The notes under the pieces were generated by a model. It ran no database searches. It had not been told where the DNA came from and saw nothing but the letters and a program-made list of their open reading frames with translations. From an uncultured Polynucleobacter sp. (GTDB lineage: Bacteria; Bdellovibrionota_B; Oligoflexia; Oligoflexales; RGVZ01), in NCBI GenBank assembly GCA_964402975.1, contig CAYOEM010000005.1:39730-103729 (forward strand): a stretch of 64,000 nucleotides of DNA, written 5' to 3'. The translations under genes were made by a program, and so were the position numbers. This document shows positions 38,813-48,531 of this stretch, piece after piece (the first letter of the stretch is position 1; each line of letters begins with the position of its first letter).

Positions 38813-38822
38813 CACCTTCGCG

Positions 38823-39587
38823 ATGCCTCACAGAACACTGGACCTTGTAAATGCGATGGATAGCGTGCTTTGGTCGCCGCCAGCGGCACAAAGCCGCATT
38901 ATTTCGCAACTTGAATATCATCACGGATTTTGCGGGATTGGAGATTTGACTTATCAAACCGCTCAGCCACACCACTGCCGACAGGTCCACGGGGTCTCCA
39001 TTCTAGAAGCCTCCGACGCCACGCGCGCAACAGGCGATAATCGACCAGACGCCGATGGTATTTATACGATATCGAGCAACGCAGTCGCTGTAAAAACAGC
39101 TGACTGCCTCCCATTACTTATCGCATCACGCACTACAAAATTTGCCATGGCAGTTCATGCAGGGTGGCGCGGTTTGACTTCAGGAATCTTAAGAAATGCC
39201 TTGAAAACAGCTGAAAAATTCACTCCGTTGACATCGTTAGTAATTTGTATCGGCCCGGCCCTTTCAACGAGTGCTTTCGAAGTCGGGCGGGATGTCATCG
39301 ACCGTCTTATGTCTGCAGATTTTGGAATGCCCGAAAACGCTTGGCCTATGGCCATAGCCAAGGGGCATAACGATCGATGGCATGTTGATCTACAGCTGGC
39401 TGCTGCGCTCCAGCTACATCTAGGCGGTATGGAAGCAAAACAGATAGAGATCATTAGAAGTTGCACAAGGACAGATGTCCGGCGCGGCGTTCAACGAGAT
39501 CAAGATGTGACGCCATACGTCTGGCACAGTTACCGCAGAGAAGGACAATGTTGCGGCAGCAACTGGAGCTGGATCAGACCACTCTGA
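38823..39587 (+). CDS. pgeF: YfiH/PgeF laccase-domain protein
   Basis: QVHG, ADG, TADCLP, HAGWRG, IGP, SYRR. Confidence 0.9.
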   Translation: MPHRTLDLVNAMDSVLWSPPAAQSRIISQLEYHHGFCGIGDLTYQTAQPHHCRQVHGVSILEASDATRATGDNRPDADGIYTISSNAVAVKTADCLPLLIASRTTKFAMAVHAGWRGLTSGILRNALKTAEKFTPLTSLVICIGPALSTSAFEVGRDVIDRLMSADFGMPENAWPMAIAKGHNDRWHVDLQLAAALQLHLGGMEAKQIEIIRSCTRTDVRRGVQRDQDVTPYVWHSYRREGQCCGSNWSWIRPL

Positions 39588-39630
39588 TAGCCAGCACGAT
39601 GTCCGCTTCTAAATCGATTTGGATTAAACG

Positions 39631-40137
39631 TCAGGATGCGGGAGGCTTTCGCCGCGTCGCCGTCGACTTCTTGAACAAGTAGCCTAAAAGCGTCTCCAGA
39701 CCTTTCGCGTAACTTTTAATTCCGAGACCAGAAACTGACGCGATTGCATGCTCCTGCAAAAAGCTATTTTTCCTAAATGATTCGCGTTTTTTGACGTCGG
39801 AAACATGCACTTCCACGTAAGGTAGACTCACCCCCAGCAAGCGATCTGCAATAGCGAGACTTGTATGCGTCCAAGCGCCCGCATTAATAACTGCTCCAAC
39901 GTAATCCTTCGCTATTTCCCGAAGAAACATTTCTTCGCTATTTGTCTGGAAAAAAACAAGCTTGATCTTCAAATCATTACGATCACCGGTCCATTTCCGC
40001 AAGCAACCTTGCAGAAGATCCTCCATGTCGGCGAGTGTTTTTGTCCCGTAAATATGGGGCTGCCTGCGACCCAGAAGGTCAAGATTTACGCCACTTGCTA
40101 TAAGAATTTTTACCGACTTTTGTGCGCGACGAGTCAT
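39631..40137 (-). CDS. aroQ: Type II 3-dehydroquinate dehydratase
   Basis: GVNLDLLGRRQPHIYG, QTNSE, INAGAWTHTSLAIAD, EVHVS...RESFR. Confidence 0.93.
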   Translation of the reverse strand: MTRRAQKSVKILIASGVNLDLLGRRQPHIYGTKTLADMEDLLQGCLRKWTGDRNDLKIKLVFFQTNSEEMFLREIAKDYVGAVINAGAWTHTSLAIADRLLGVSLPYVEVHVSDVKKRESFRKNSFLQEHAIASVSGLGIKSYAKGLETLLGYLFKKSTATRRKPPAS

Positions 40138-41132
40138 CGATCCTTCTGCTCCAGCTTGTCGAGCATAGACTGCATAAATCTCATCTGACGATCTATCAAC
40201 TCAGTGACTTCCATGCGTTCGAACACGACGGGGTCAACCTCAAGATCATCTTGGCGCTGATCTTTATCCAAACGCGCCATCTCAGAGACTTTTAATCGTA
40301 TGAGATCATTATGGGGAGCCATCCTTAAAAGCCTTCTATAAATAGCCAGCGCTTTTGAATAGAATCCCTGCTTTGCATAGATTTCAGCCAAAGTTGTCGA
40401 ATCAAGCTCGATTTGGCCGCCATCCACGTGAGTCACCGTCTCCCCATCGGTGGGAACAAACACCTCAACCAGTGGTACTACGTGAAAGTTTTCTACATGT
40501 CGTCTTGTCGATTCATCCAAATCATATTCTAGAATAAAACGCTTTCCGCGAGCACGCGCTCCATCTTTGCTGATGGACACCGGCTTCTGTTCTGCCTCGC
40601 GAACAGGATCCAAAATTTTTGGTAATCGTAAATCCATCCCACGACTAGCTAACTCGCCCCGAAACGCATCTCGAGCGGCAAGAACACCTTCAACTTCAAG
40701 CTGATCATAAATCCTTCTAATCTCAGGATCCACGCCTTGCTGCACTTTAAGCGACTGAATCGCAGCCCGGGCCGTGGTCTCATCGCCGAGCAATACGGAC
40801 ATTTTGAATCGCAATTTTTGGGCCAAAACATTGTCGGATAGGGGCGCCGGTGATCGCTCCAAGGCCGCCCATGCCTCCATGATCAAACCACGATGAAAGA
40901 GTTCTCGCGCTAGAACAACCCTTGCCACGGAAAAAGTTGGATGATCCTGAACACCCTGTGTTAAGAGCTCAAGTGATTCATCATAAAGTTTGTGACTGCG
41001 AAGCACATCGCTCAAGGGCAAAAACTGTCGCCCGGATGGATCTTCGCGGAACCTTTTTAAAACTTCTTGCTCAACACGCGACAAAGGAAGCTGTTCAGCG
41101 ATGGCTACCCACGTTTTAGCATCAATGGTCAA
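40134..41132 (-). CDS. TPR-containing protein
   Basis: DPSGRQFLPLSD..R N-terminal TPR; TTLAEIYAKQG...KALAIYRRLL C-terminal TPR. Confidence 0.8.
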   Translation of the reverse strand: MTIDAKTWVAIAEQLPLSRVEQEVLKRFREDPSGRQFLPLSDVLRSHKLYDESLELLTQGVQDHPTFSVARVVLARELFHRGLIMEAWAALERSPAPLSDNVLAQKLRFKMSVLLGDETTARAAIQSLKVQQGVDPEIRRIYDQLEVEGVLAARDAFRGELASRGMDLRLPKILDPVREAEQKPVSISKDGARARGKRFILEYDLDESTRRHVENFHVVPLVEVFVPTDGETVTHVDGGQIELDSTTLAEIYAKQGFYSKALAIYRRLLRMAPHNDLIRLKVSEMARLDKDQRQDDLEVDPVVFERMEVTELIDRQMRFMQSMLDKLEQKDR

Positions 41133-41203
41133 GCAACGATCCTTTAAGATTTAGATCCACAACTACTTATGGCGAGCGATCCCAAAATGCCTAAGACCAT
41201 CAA

Positions 41204-41698
41204 TTATTCTGGCTTAGCCATCGAGTACGTCGTTTTGGGAATCGTGTCAGTCGTCATTCCTGGGACTAGAGCCGCTATGACCCCGGAACCGTAAGAACCA
41301 CACGTGGGCGTAAACTTAATCTCAGCGATACCGCACGAATCGGTGCACCAGTCACTCGAGGTCGAGTCAAGCGTCACATTGGCAGGCACGATAGGCGTAA
41401 AGCTTATACCCGCTTTGGGGATTCTTTCGGGGATATTCACCTCTACCCCCTCTTTTCCACCCGATTTGGGATTATCCTCATAGATCAAGAAATAAACTGA
41501 TTGCTGGCCGATGGATGCACCAGAAGCACACTTGTAGTCGGCGCTAGCTGAATAAGCGACGCCCTTAAGGTTGCCGCCTCCGATAGGCCTATTACCACAG
41601 GATCTCTGACACGGAGTGGTACCCGCACCCCCGGCAGTGCAACCCATTATCACCAGTGCCAGAAGGCTGACTAAGGCCGTAAAATTGGATTTTCCCAC
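41204..41698 (-). CDS. Small Cys-rich lipoprotein downstream of pilQ
   Basis: AAGGAGG RBS with GTG start; lipobox IMGC; TDSCGIAEIKF Ig-like motif. Confidence 0.7.
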   Translation of the reverse strand: MGKSNFTALVSLLALVIMGCTAGGAGTTPCQRSCGNRPIGGGNLKGVAYSASADYKCASGASIGQQSVYFLIYEDNPKSGGKEGVEVNIPERIPKAGISFTPIVPANVTLDSTSSDWCTDSCGIAEIKFTPTCGSYGSGVIAALVPGMTTDTIPKTTYSMAKPE

Positions 41699-41715
41699 AT
41701 TGACCTCCTTGACGC

Positions 41716-44601
41716 CTATAGCTCGTTGGATTGAGACGTCGCGTTGGATGATTGAACACTTTGGCTTTTTTGGTTTGTTGGCTCGCCCATCTGAGTGCTC
41801 TCGGTGTTCGAGGCGCCGAAAGAGCCTCCGTCTATCGTCGGCACCATTGAAGCTCCTCCGGCCCCGCCAGTAGAGGCTGCATTAGCGCCAAGAATTGTTG
41901 GAGTAACCATGATTAAGACATCTTTCTTTCTATTCGTTTTGTCAACCGATCTGAATAAAGCACCAACCAATGGAATTTTACTCAGAATTGGAACACCAGA
42001 TTCTGTGCGACTGACGTTTGACTCATAAAGCCCACCGATCACTGCAGTCTCGCCACTACGTTTCAACAGGGTTGTGCTAAGAGACCTAGTGGATTTCTTT
42101 GCAGCCGCATCACTCCCCGAAGCACCGCCAGGCGTGTCACCAGTAATGTCCAGCTTCATTTGCACTGATCCATCGGCTGTTATGTGTGGCTTCACTTTTA
42201 AGGACAGTAGGTATTTTACTGATTGCAAAGCACCGCTTGCTCCTGCACCAGCGGTAGTTAGGAACGAATCTTCGGTACCCGCACTCATTGTGGCATCTTC
42301 GTTGTCTTGCACAACAACATCTTGGGTTTGAAGGGTCTCTGCAATCTTTTTGGTTTCGTACGCTCTAAGCTTGAGATCAAGCGCCAGAAAGTTATTCACT
42401 GATCCTAACTTCATGGCCAGGCTACCACCAGGGATCTTCGCCCCACCTGGATCAACTGAAAATTGGGAATTAATCGAGTTCGGAAACGGCAACGAGCCGA
42501 ATCCAAGACCTCGACCCGCATCGATATTGAGAGGCGCGCCCCATGTAACACCGAGGCCATCGTCAAAGTTCTTCTCAAATTCCACTAATCGTGACTGTAT
42601 CCGGACCTGGGGGGTTTGTTGATCAAGACGTTCAAGTAAAGTTTTTGCGGTACTTAAAAAGCTCGGAGTCGCCTCGATAATAACCGAATTGGTCATTGGT
42701 TCCGACTGTACTTTAAACCGGGAAACACTCCTTTGTTGAACTACATTGGTAGGATCTTCCTTGGGCTTCATTCCTTCAATAATTTTTTGTGCTGCATCGG
42801 ATTTTAAGTAATTCAGTGGCATGACTAAGACTTTTGTCGGCACCAATGCTTCAGTCGCTAGCCTGGCTTTTTCAGCCTGCTCGTGATCTTCAGCAAATTT
42901 CTTTAAAAAATCGATACGGACTAGCCCCGTAGAAAGCTCTTGCATACCTAAACCGTTGGAATCAAGCACCGCTTTCAGCGCCACATCCCAAGGCACATTT
43001 TTGAGAGATATACTTGTTTTTTTCTCTCCAGCGTCTGGTGAAATAATAAAATTTATATTACTTTCCGCCGCAATCATTTTGATAATTTGATTGACTGGCG
43101 CATCCCGAAAGTCCAACCGCATAACCTTCTTAGAACCTCCAGCACTGCCACCGGAATCAACGCCAACAACATCACCCTTGCCAGAAGAATTATCGGTAGC
43201 TGCCGGCGCTTGCCCCGCACTCCCCGTTGATCCGCCCGCTTCTGGCAACGCTTCACCTGCCGTTAACTCAACTGGAACATCCTCGATCAAATCCCCTGCA
43301 TCACCCGCAGTCTCTGGCGCGTCCGCAGAAAAATCTGCTTGGGCTACGCTATTCAATGCGTATCGGACTTCGTCATAGCCCGGATCATTAAAATTCATCA
43401 TCATCTGATCACCGGACTCGGACCCTTCAGTCTCAGAACCCGTGCTATCTTGCGGCACAAGTTCCTTAGCTCCCTCAGATTTTGGGACAAGTTTTTTAGC
43501 CGATTTTGGATCCACATCCTTAAACTTATCACCGCCTGGGTTATCAACATATGCCGCCGCGTCAGCTGAAACTTCAGTGGCCTCATCAGCAACGGCCGAT
43601 AGACCTTGAGGCGCGTCCTCGACAACCTCTGCCGCTGCGACAGGCTTAGCCTCTCCGGCCGGCGCATACCATCTCTCCGGAATATCAAATGAGAACATTA
43701 GACTGCTGCCTTTTGTCACCATGGTTGGTTCCACAGCATCACGCATCGTCATCACAACGTCTGTATGGTTAAAGGTGCGATCGTACCTCATTCTTATATA
43801 AGCCACCGGCGAACGGAATTCGGAAGCATCGATATCACGTCGGATCTTGGAACGAAGCTTCGTATTCATATATCGAACAATAATTTCCGACTGATTGGCT
43901 CTATTCGTCTCCTTAAATATTTTGTAGGAAGGCGAGCCATCTGTAACAATCTGGACATCAAGCTTTCTATCGTTTTTCTTGTAGTCATATCCCACCCAAT
44001 TTAAAACACCGTGCGGGTAACCCAGAGGGCCGGGCTGGGGACTAGCAACTACTTGGCTGGCGGAATTACTGGCAGATGGTTGCGCAGCCGTCGCAGCATT
44101 CCCTACTGACGCCGAATTCGCAGTCTGACCCTCTGTCAGAGCTGATGAATTAGACTGATTTATGACGCTGTTACCTTGTTGCCCAACCTGACCCAACGCA
44201 TTAACATTGCCACCTAGAGATGAGTTCTGACCGTCTGTGGGTAAACTCTCACCTGAATCAGTCACGGCATTATTTATACCGACAGAATTTCCGAGACCGT
44301 CATCTGCTCCATTACCAGCATTGGGAAAATCTCCCAGGTTTTCGCCCCCGGCGTTCGACGGCTCCGATGAAGTGCCGCCCTCATTACCGGAATTTGTGGC
44401 AACCTGGTCGCCGGATTGCCTTTGGTCAAGGGATGCTCCTTGCTGCCCCTGACTGCCACCCTGCTGCTGGCTCTGAGCGTCGGATTCTTGATCTGTATCC
44501 TGCTTTGATGTAGCGCAGTTCCAGAAGATAAGCGCTGCCCCTAATAAACAAGCTAGTCGGCAGGCATGTCGCTTGCTCACGGATGAAACGGTTAGATTCA
44601 T
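41716..44601 (-). CDS. pilQ: Type IV pilus secretin PilQ with lipoprotein-like N-terminus
   Basis: MRLDFRDAPV, LKNVPWDVAL, LD..TPQVRIQSRLVE, L.VKPHIT.DG, GETAVIGG, GVPILSKIPLVGALFR, MVTPTI. Confidence 0.93.
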   Translation of the reverse strand: MNLTVSSVSKRHACRLACLLGAALIFWNCATSKQDTDQESDAQSQQQGGSQGQQGASLDQRQSGDQVATNSGNEGGTSSEPSNAGGENLGDFPNAGNGADDGLGNSVGINNAVTDSGESLPTDGQNSSLGGNVNALGQVGQQGNSVINQSNSSALTEGQTANSASVGNAATAAQPSASNSASQVVASPQPGPLGYPHGVLNWVGYDYKKNDRKLDVQIVTDGSPSYKIFKETNRANQSEIIVRYMNTKLRSKIRRDIDASEFRSPVAYIRMRYDRTFNHTDVVMTMRDAVEPTMVTKGSSLMFSFDIPERWYAPAGEAKPVAAAEVVEDAPQGLSAVADEATEVSADAAAYVDNPGGDKFKDVDPKSAKKLVPKSEGAKELVPQDSTGSETEGSESGDQMMMNFNDPGYDEVRYALNSVAQADFSADAPETAGDAGDLIEDVPVELTAGEALPEAGGSTGSAGQAPAATDNSSGKGDVVGVDSGGSAGGSKKVMRLDFRDAPVNQIIKMIAAESNINFIISPDAGEKKTSISLKNVPWDVALKAVLDSNGLGMQELSTGLVRIDFLKKFAEDHEQAEKARLATEALVPTKVLVMPLNYLKSDAAQKIIEGMKPKEDPTNVVQQRSVSRFKVQSEPMTNSVIIEATPSFLSTAKTLLERLDQQTPQVRIQSRLVEFEKNFDDGLGVTWGAPLNIDAGRGLGFGSLPFPNSINSQFSVDPGGAKIPGGSLAMKLGSVNNFLALDLKLRAYETKKIAETLQTQDVVVQDNEDATMSAGTEDSFLTTAGAGASGALQSVKYLLSLKVKPHITADGSVQMKLDITGDTPGGASGSDAAAKKSTRSLSTTLLKRSGETAVIGGLYESNVSRTESGVPILSKIPLVGALFRSVDKTNRKKDVLIMVTPTILGANAASTGGAGGASMVPTIDGGSFGASNTESTQMGEPTNQKSQSVQSSNATSQSNEL

Positions 44602-45914
44602 TGTTGTCCTCCCATCGCAGGGGTCGCTTGTTCTAAATTGACACCAGTATTCACGGGTTCACTTGAACTCATACCCACCGGTGGCGTTTCTGTCGGATTG
44701 CCGTTTGCAGAAGGCTGCGAGCTTGGTGGATTGACAGCTTGGGCCGCATCACGCACTGGGATGGGCGGATTTTCGTTTGCCGAAGCCCCTGATGGCAACG
44801 GCGCCATCGTCGCAGCGGCAGGAACGGATTCGACGGTCTTGAGAGTACCTGGAAGATCTCCCCGCACAGTTTGCGGCGTTACGCTTATGACCGAATCTGT
44901 TGGACTACCCACGGCCGCCTGCGGAGGAACAATTTCGGGCTGAGTTGCGCCAGGACGAAGAATTAAACGGCCTCCCGTTTGATCCTCATTTCCGGACGGT
45001 AAATCACTACCCATATACAGAGGAATATCACGATATTCTCTTGTACCATCAGTACGAACGGAAAATTCCCTGACCACAACAGAGTCTGGATTAATCGTCA
45101 TAAGGCGTCCGCCACTGTTACCAATTGGATCACCCAGTTTAGCTTCAATACCCTGAGTTGCTGGAGTTCTGATTAAGGCTTTCCATACGCCATTATCCGT
45201 CTCCCACACCCCAATGACTGCCAGTCGCGACACTGCGAACGATTGAAGAGGGCTCACGATCGGAATTTCAACGTCATTAGGACTGAGCTCTCGCTGACGC
45301 GCCGTTTTACCAGTCAAAATAACTTCTGGAATAAAGGGGTTTTTACGTCGTGCACTTGAGTAGCGATACTCAAAGGTTGGCTCGATAATATCTTCTACGC
45401 GAACTCCTTTGGTAACAGTCTTCGCCGGATCAGATTGATCATAACGCGTCGCAGAACTGTCCCAGGTTTCTCCCGCCTGCAAATGGCGAGGCGCTTGACT
45501 ATCTTCTTTAGATTTAATTTTAACTTTATCTTGCATGGGCCGAAGTAAATCAGATGAATTCCCATCTTTATTTAGCTGACCGGAGTCAGATTGGGCCAAT
45601 TTATGCTGTTTAACGCTCTTCACCGACTGCATCTTGCCGGCACCTGACGACTTCGTTGTAGCAAGATCCATTTTTCTTTTCAACGGCACGACACGTGATT
45701 TCGAAATTGCGCCACGACCAACTTCAAGATCATCTCCCACCGCATGATCCATGACCGGGGATGCGGGCTTATTGATACTTGATGCAAATGAAGCAAAAGA
45801 AAAAAAGACAAAGCACAAAACGCTGCCGAGAGGCAAAACCTTACGGCTTGCCTTTTCTCTACACCTTGAATTGGGGTGCTTGAAAATCATTACTTTACCT
45901 ATGTTGGACTGCAT
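44598..45914 (-). CDS. pilP: PilP-domain protein with long disordered flanks
   Basis: Y....RKNPF, SPLQSF....L.VIGVW, ALI, GDPIGNSGGRL..I...VVVRE; ATGA overlap with pilQ. Confidence 0.82.
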   Translation of the reverse strand: MQSNIGKVMIFKHPNSRCREKASRKVLPLGSVLCFVFFSFASFASSINKPASPVMDHAVGDDLEVGRGAISKSRVVPLKRKMDLATTKSSGAGKMQSVKSVKQHKLAQSDSGQLNKDGNSSDLLRPMQDKVKIKSKEDSQAPRHLQAGETWDSSATRYDQSDPAKTVTKGVRVEDIIEPTFEYRYSSARRKNPFIPEVILTGKTARQRELSPNDVEIPIVSPLQSFAVSRLAVIGVWETDNGVWKALIRTPATQGIEAKLGDPIGNSGGRLMTINPDSVVVREFSVRTDGTREYRDIPLYMGSDLPSGNEDQTGGRLILRPGATQPEIVPPQAAVGSPTDSVISVTPQTVRGDLPGTLKTVESVPAAATMAPLPSGASANENPPIPVRDAAQAVNPPSSQPSANGNPTETPPVGMSSSEPVNTGVNLEQATPAMGGQQ

Positions 45915-45947
45915 CCATCTTCTATTCTTTCATCTGCGGAAAACCAC

Positions 45948-46010
45948 GTCAACCCCTTGCGCCCCAACGGTTACGGACAAATATTTGACACACAACGTCA
46001 GCTTTTTGAC
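45948..46010. promoter_or_regulatory. Three GTCAA-N4-TTGAC-like palindromic boxes upstream of pilP
   Basis: GTCAAccccTTGCG (45948), GACAAatatTTGAC (45976), GTCAGctttTTGAC (45997). Confidence 0.65.
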
Positions 46011-46088
46011 ATCCTTGGCTCAATACAGATGAAAAAGTTTTTATAGAGAAATTTTTGCCTAGTTGACCGACAACGAATTATCAGCCGA

Positions 46089-46772
46089 TCAAAACGACGT
46101 GGGCCCAAGAGCCCTAGGGCGTGGACCGAGCGTCACGTCTGCCGACTGGGATGGAAGCGCTGGCTTCTCCACATGTGTCGCAGATATTTGGAATTGCATT
46201 TTCTTCTTTATGTCTGCAAATATTTCATCACCGCTGGGCAATAATTTCACAAACCTAAGAGAAACCGCGTCAAATCCCATCTGGGTCCGCAGGTCATCAT
46301 TTCGTGTTTCAGGATTCATAGTCTCCTTCACGCCAAGCATGTACTCTCCCACGAGAATACTGTCATGTGCAGATCCGACTATGAGCAAACCCCCGTTGGC
46401 CGTGTATTGTAGCTCCTCGTACCAAACCCCCTCCAACCATAGGGTCTGTAGCTGATCGAGAGCTATGAGGGGTTTAACCTTATCAACTTTTGACGTTGTT
46501 ATTTTCTTCAGAGCGCCAATCTTCCTATTCAGAAGCTCAATCTCTGCATTAAGAGTCTTGAACTTGTCCAACCCAGCCTGACGACTTTGATACTTCTGGT
46601 CAAAACTAGCCTTGCGTTCCTGAGACTTAGCTACATTAGACCTTATTTCATCAAAATGATTCTCCAACAGCACGTACGACAATGCCGCCACAACTACAAG
46701 GACGACGACATCAAGATGCCACCAATTCTTGTTTTCCAATTCGCCACTTGGACATAATTGGGTTTTAATCAT
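46089..46772 (-). CDS. pilN: Type IV pilus assembly protein PilN
   Basis: MIKTQLCP (INLLP-like), TM, coiled coil, GVWYEEL...L.IVGSA; ATGA overlap with pilM. Confidence 0.8.
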   Translation of the reverse strand: MIKTQLCPSGELENKNWWHLDVVVLVVVAALSYVLLENHFDEIRSNVAKSQERKASFDQKYQSRQAGLDKFKTLNAEIELLNRKIGALKKITTSKVDKVKPLIALDQLQTLWLEGVWYEELQYTANGGLLIVGSAHDSILVGEYMLGVKETMNPETRNDDLRTQMGFDAVSLRFVKLLPSGDEIFADIKKKMQFQISATHVEKPALPSQSADVTLGPRPRALGPTSF

Positions 46773-47836
46773 GCTGCCGCCTTGTCACCTTTCAATCTAG
46801 TTCCAAGCCCCAAAGACACGCCGAACATCGGCGCTAGATTCATTACATGCTCAAGCTTGAACTTCTTTTCGTCGATCTCTACATTCTGAAAAGGATTCGC
46901 AAGGTGAATGGGTACACCTATAGCTGTCGCAAAAGCTGCGTCGATACCAACTGTTCGGCTTCCACCGCCAAGGAGGAACGCATGCTTCACTGCTCCAGCA
47001 CCCTCGGCATCCGGACTCGATGCGAAAAAATTAAAAACCTGCTTCAACTCTGTTGCAATTACGTTATTAGTCTCCGACATCACGCGCTGAAAATCCGGCG
47101 GCAGGTCTGTTCTATTAGCCGCACTAATTTTCAGAGATTCCGCCGAGTCCCAAGGCATATTTAGAGTCTGCGCGATCGCACCCGTGAAGGCACCCCCCCC
47201 CATGGCGATGTCATGACTGTAAAGCATACGCCCGCGATCAATAAAAATAACATTCGTGGAACCAGCGCCAACCGAAATCAAAGCAACCAAACCATCTATG
47301 ATCCCGTAGTTAGCCTCAAACATGTTCGCAAGGCTTAACGCCGCCGGCTCAACAACACCAAGCAGCATTCCTGCATCCTTCACGATTGAAACGTACTGCT
47401 CAACAATGTCTCTCTTAGAACCGACCAGAAGAACTTCGGTTCCCTCAACCCCATTGGGAGCGGGACCCATTTCAGCGTAATCGTAGTACATCTCGGCTAA
47501 ATCGACCTGAAAAGCTTGGGACGCGTGAAAACCAACCTGTTCCTCGATCGTCGCATCTTTACCTGCTGTAATAACCACCTTCCGCACAACGGCGCCGCCA
47601 CCGGATATAGACACGGCAGTACGACGACCTTTTACACCGCTTTTCTTGACCATTTTTTTCAAAGTTTCAATGACCACGAGCGGGTCAACAAACGTGCCGT
47701 GCTCAATCACACCTTTGGGAAGCGGCTCAACAGAAAAATTTTTAAGACGACGGCGCTTAGCGTTTCCAGAGAGCTCAAGCATTTTTATTGCTGAGCTTCC
47801 GATATCGATCGCGATAAGGGAGTTACTAAAAAGCAT
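46769..47836 (-). CDS. pilM: Type IV pilus assembly protein PilM
   Basis: IDIGSSAIKMLEL, GG..FT..I, LLGGGS, ANPF, GVSLGLG.R. Confidence 0.93.
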   Translation of the reverse strand: MLFSNSLIAIDIGSSAIKMLELSGNAKRRRLKNFSVEPLPKGVIEHGTFVDPLVVIETLKKMVKKSGVKGRRTAVSISGGGAVVRKVVITAGKDATIEEQVGFHASQAFQVDLAEMYYDYAEMGPAPNGVEGTEVLLVGSKRDIVEQYVSIVKDAGMLLGVVEPAALSLANMFEANYGIIDGLVALISVGAGSTNVIFIDRGRMLYSHDIAMGGGAFTGAIAQTLNMPWDSAESLKISAANRTDLPPDFQRVMSETNNVIATELKQVFNFFASSPDAEGAGAVKHAFLLGGGSRTVGIDAAFATAIGVPIHLANPFQNVEIDEKKFKLEHVMNLAPMFGVSLGLGTRLKGDKAAA

Positions 47837-47901
47837 GACACATCCGCGGCATTCTTAAACAATGATGTCTGCCTATTATTTTTTCACCGATGACGATCGT
47901 G

Positions 47902-47967
47902 GTCAACCCATTGAACCACAAGCCTTAAGTCAATAATTTGACAAAATATGAGCGTCAATTTATTGAC
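47902..47967. promoter_or_regulatory. Three GTCAA-N4-TTGAC palindromic boxes upstream of pilM
   Basis: GTCAAcccaTTGAA (47902), GTCAAtaatTTGAC (47929), GTCAAtttaTTGAC (47954). Confidence 0.75.
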
Positions 47968-47982
47968 GTCAGTGGACTGCGA

Positions 47983-48333
47983 TTATTTTTTTTTGAAAAA
48001 AGCGTCCATCTCTTCCTCAAGCTTGGTCTTTGCTTTAGGCGCCGAGTTGCTCCCGAATAATTGATCCAGAGGATTGGCCGCGTGATTTACAGTTGAGGAT
48101 GTCGCACTAAAACGACTTTCAAACCATTCGCAGAAGTTAGATTTTTCTTTGTCTTTGACAATTTCAGCTTGGGATTCAAGGCATTCGCGACTGACATTGC
48201 GGTCGTGAAATTTACAATTGAGGCACACCTTAGCGTCACGACGGCATCCGGTGCAGAGATCCCCCCTCCCCAAAGGCGGAGAAAACTCCCACGAATGCCC
48301 ACAGGACCAACATGTGACTGTTTGCTTGAGCAT
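47983..48333 (-). CDS. Small Cys-rich putative Zn-binding protein
   Basis: CxxC, CxxC, CxxC, C...NFCEWF; GAGGAGG RBS. Confidence 0.75.
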   Translation of the reverse strand: MLKQTVTCWSCGHSWEFSPPLGRGDLCTGCRRDAKVCLNCKFHDRNVSRECLESQAEIVKDKEKSNFCEWFESRFSATSSTVNHAANPLDQLFGSNSAPKAKTKLEEEMDAFFKKK

Positions 48334-48531
48334 GACTTAAAAACCTCCTCAACTCGGCTAGCCAGCACGAGGTGGTCACGACCACGTCGCACAATAAAAC
48401 AGCTAACCCACTGAATCAATTAAATTCCTTACGATAACCGAACCCCACAAGTTTCTTGAGAGCCCACGACAAATCATGATAAAATTCTGCGAAAACAGGC
48501 GCATGCAATTTCACGTTGGTCACGAGGTCCC

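Noticed and set aside
36131-44601. aroC/aroQ located near pilQ
   Set aside because: Linkage of shikimate genes to pilQ is a well-known conserved arrangement
47858-47875. Sigma54 promoter for pilM (AGGCAGACATCATTGT)
   Set aside because: Spacing is GG-N11-GT rather than the required GG-N10-GC
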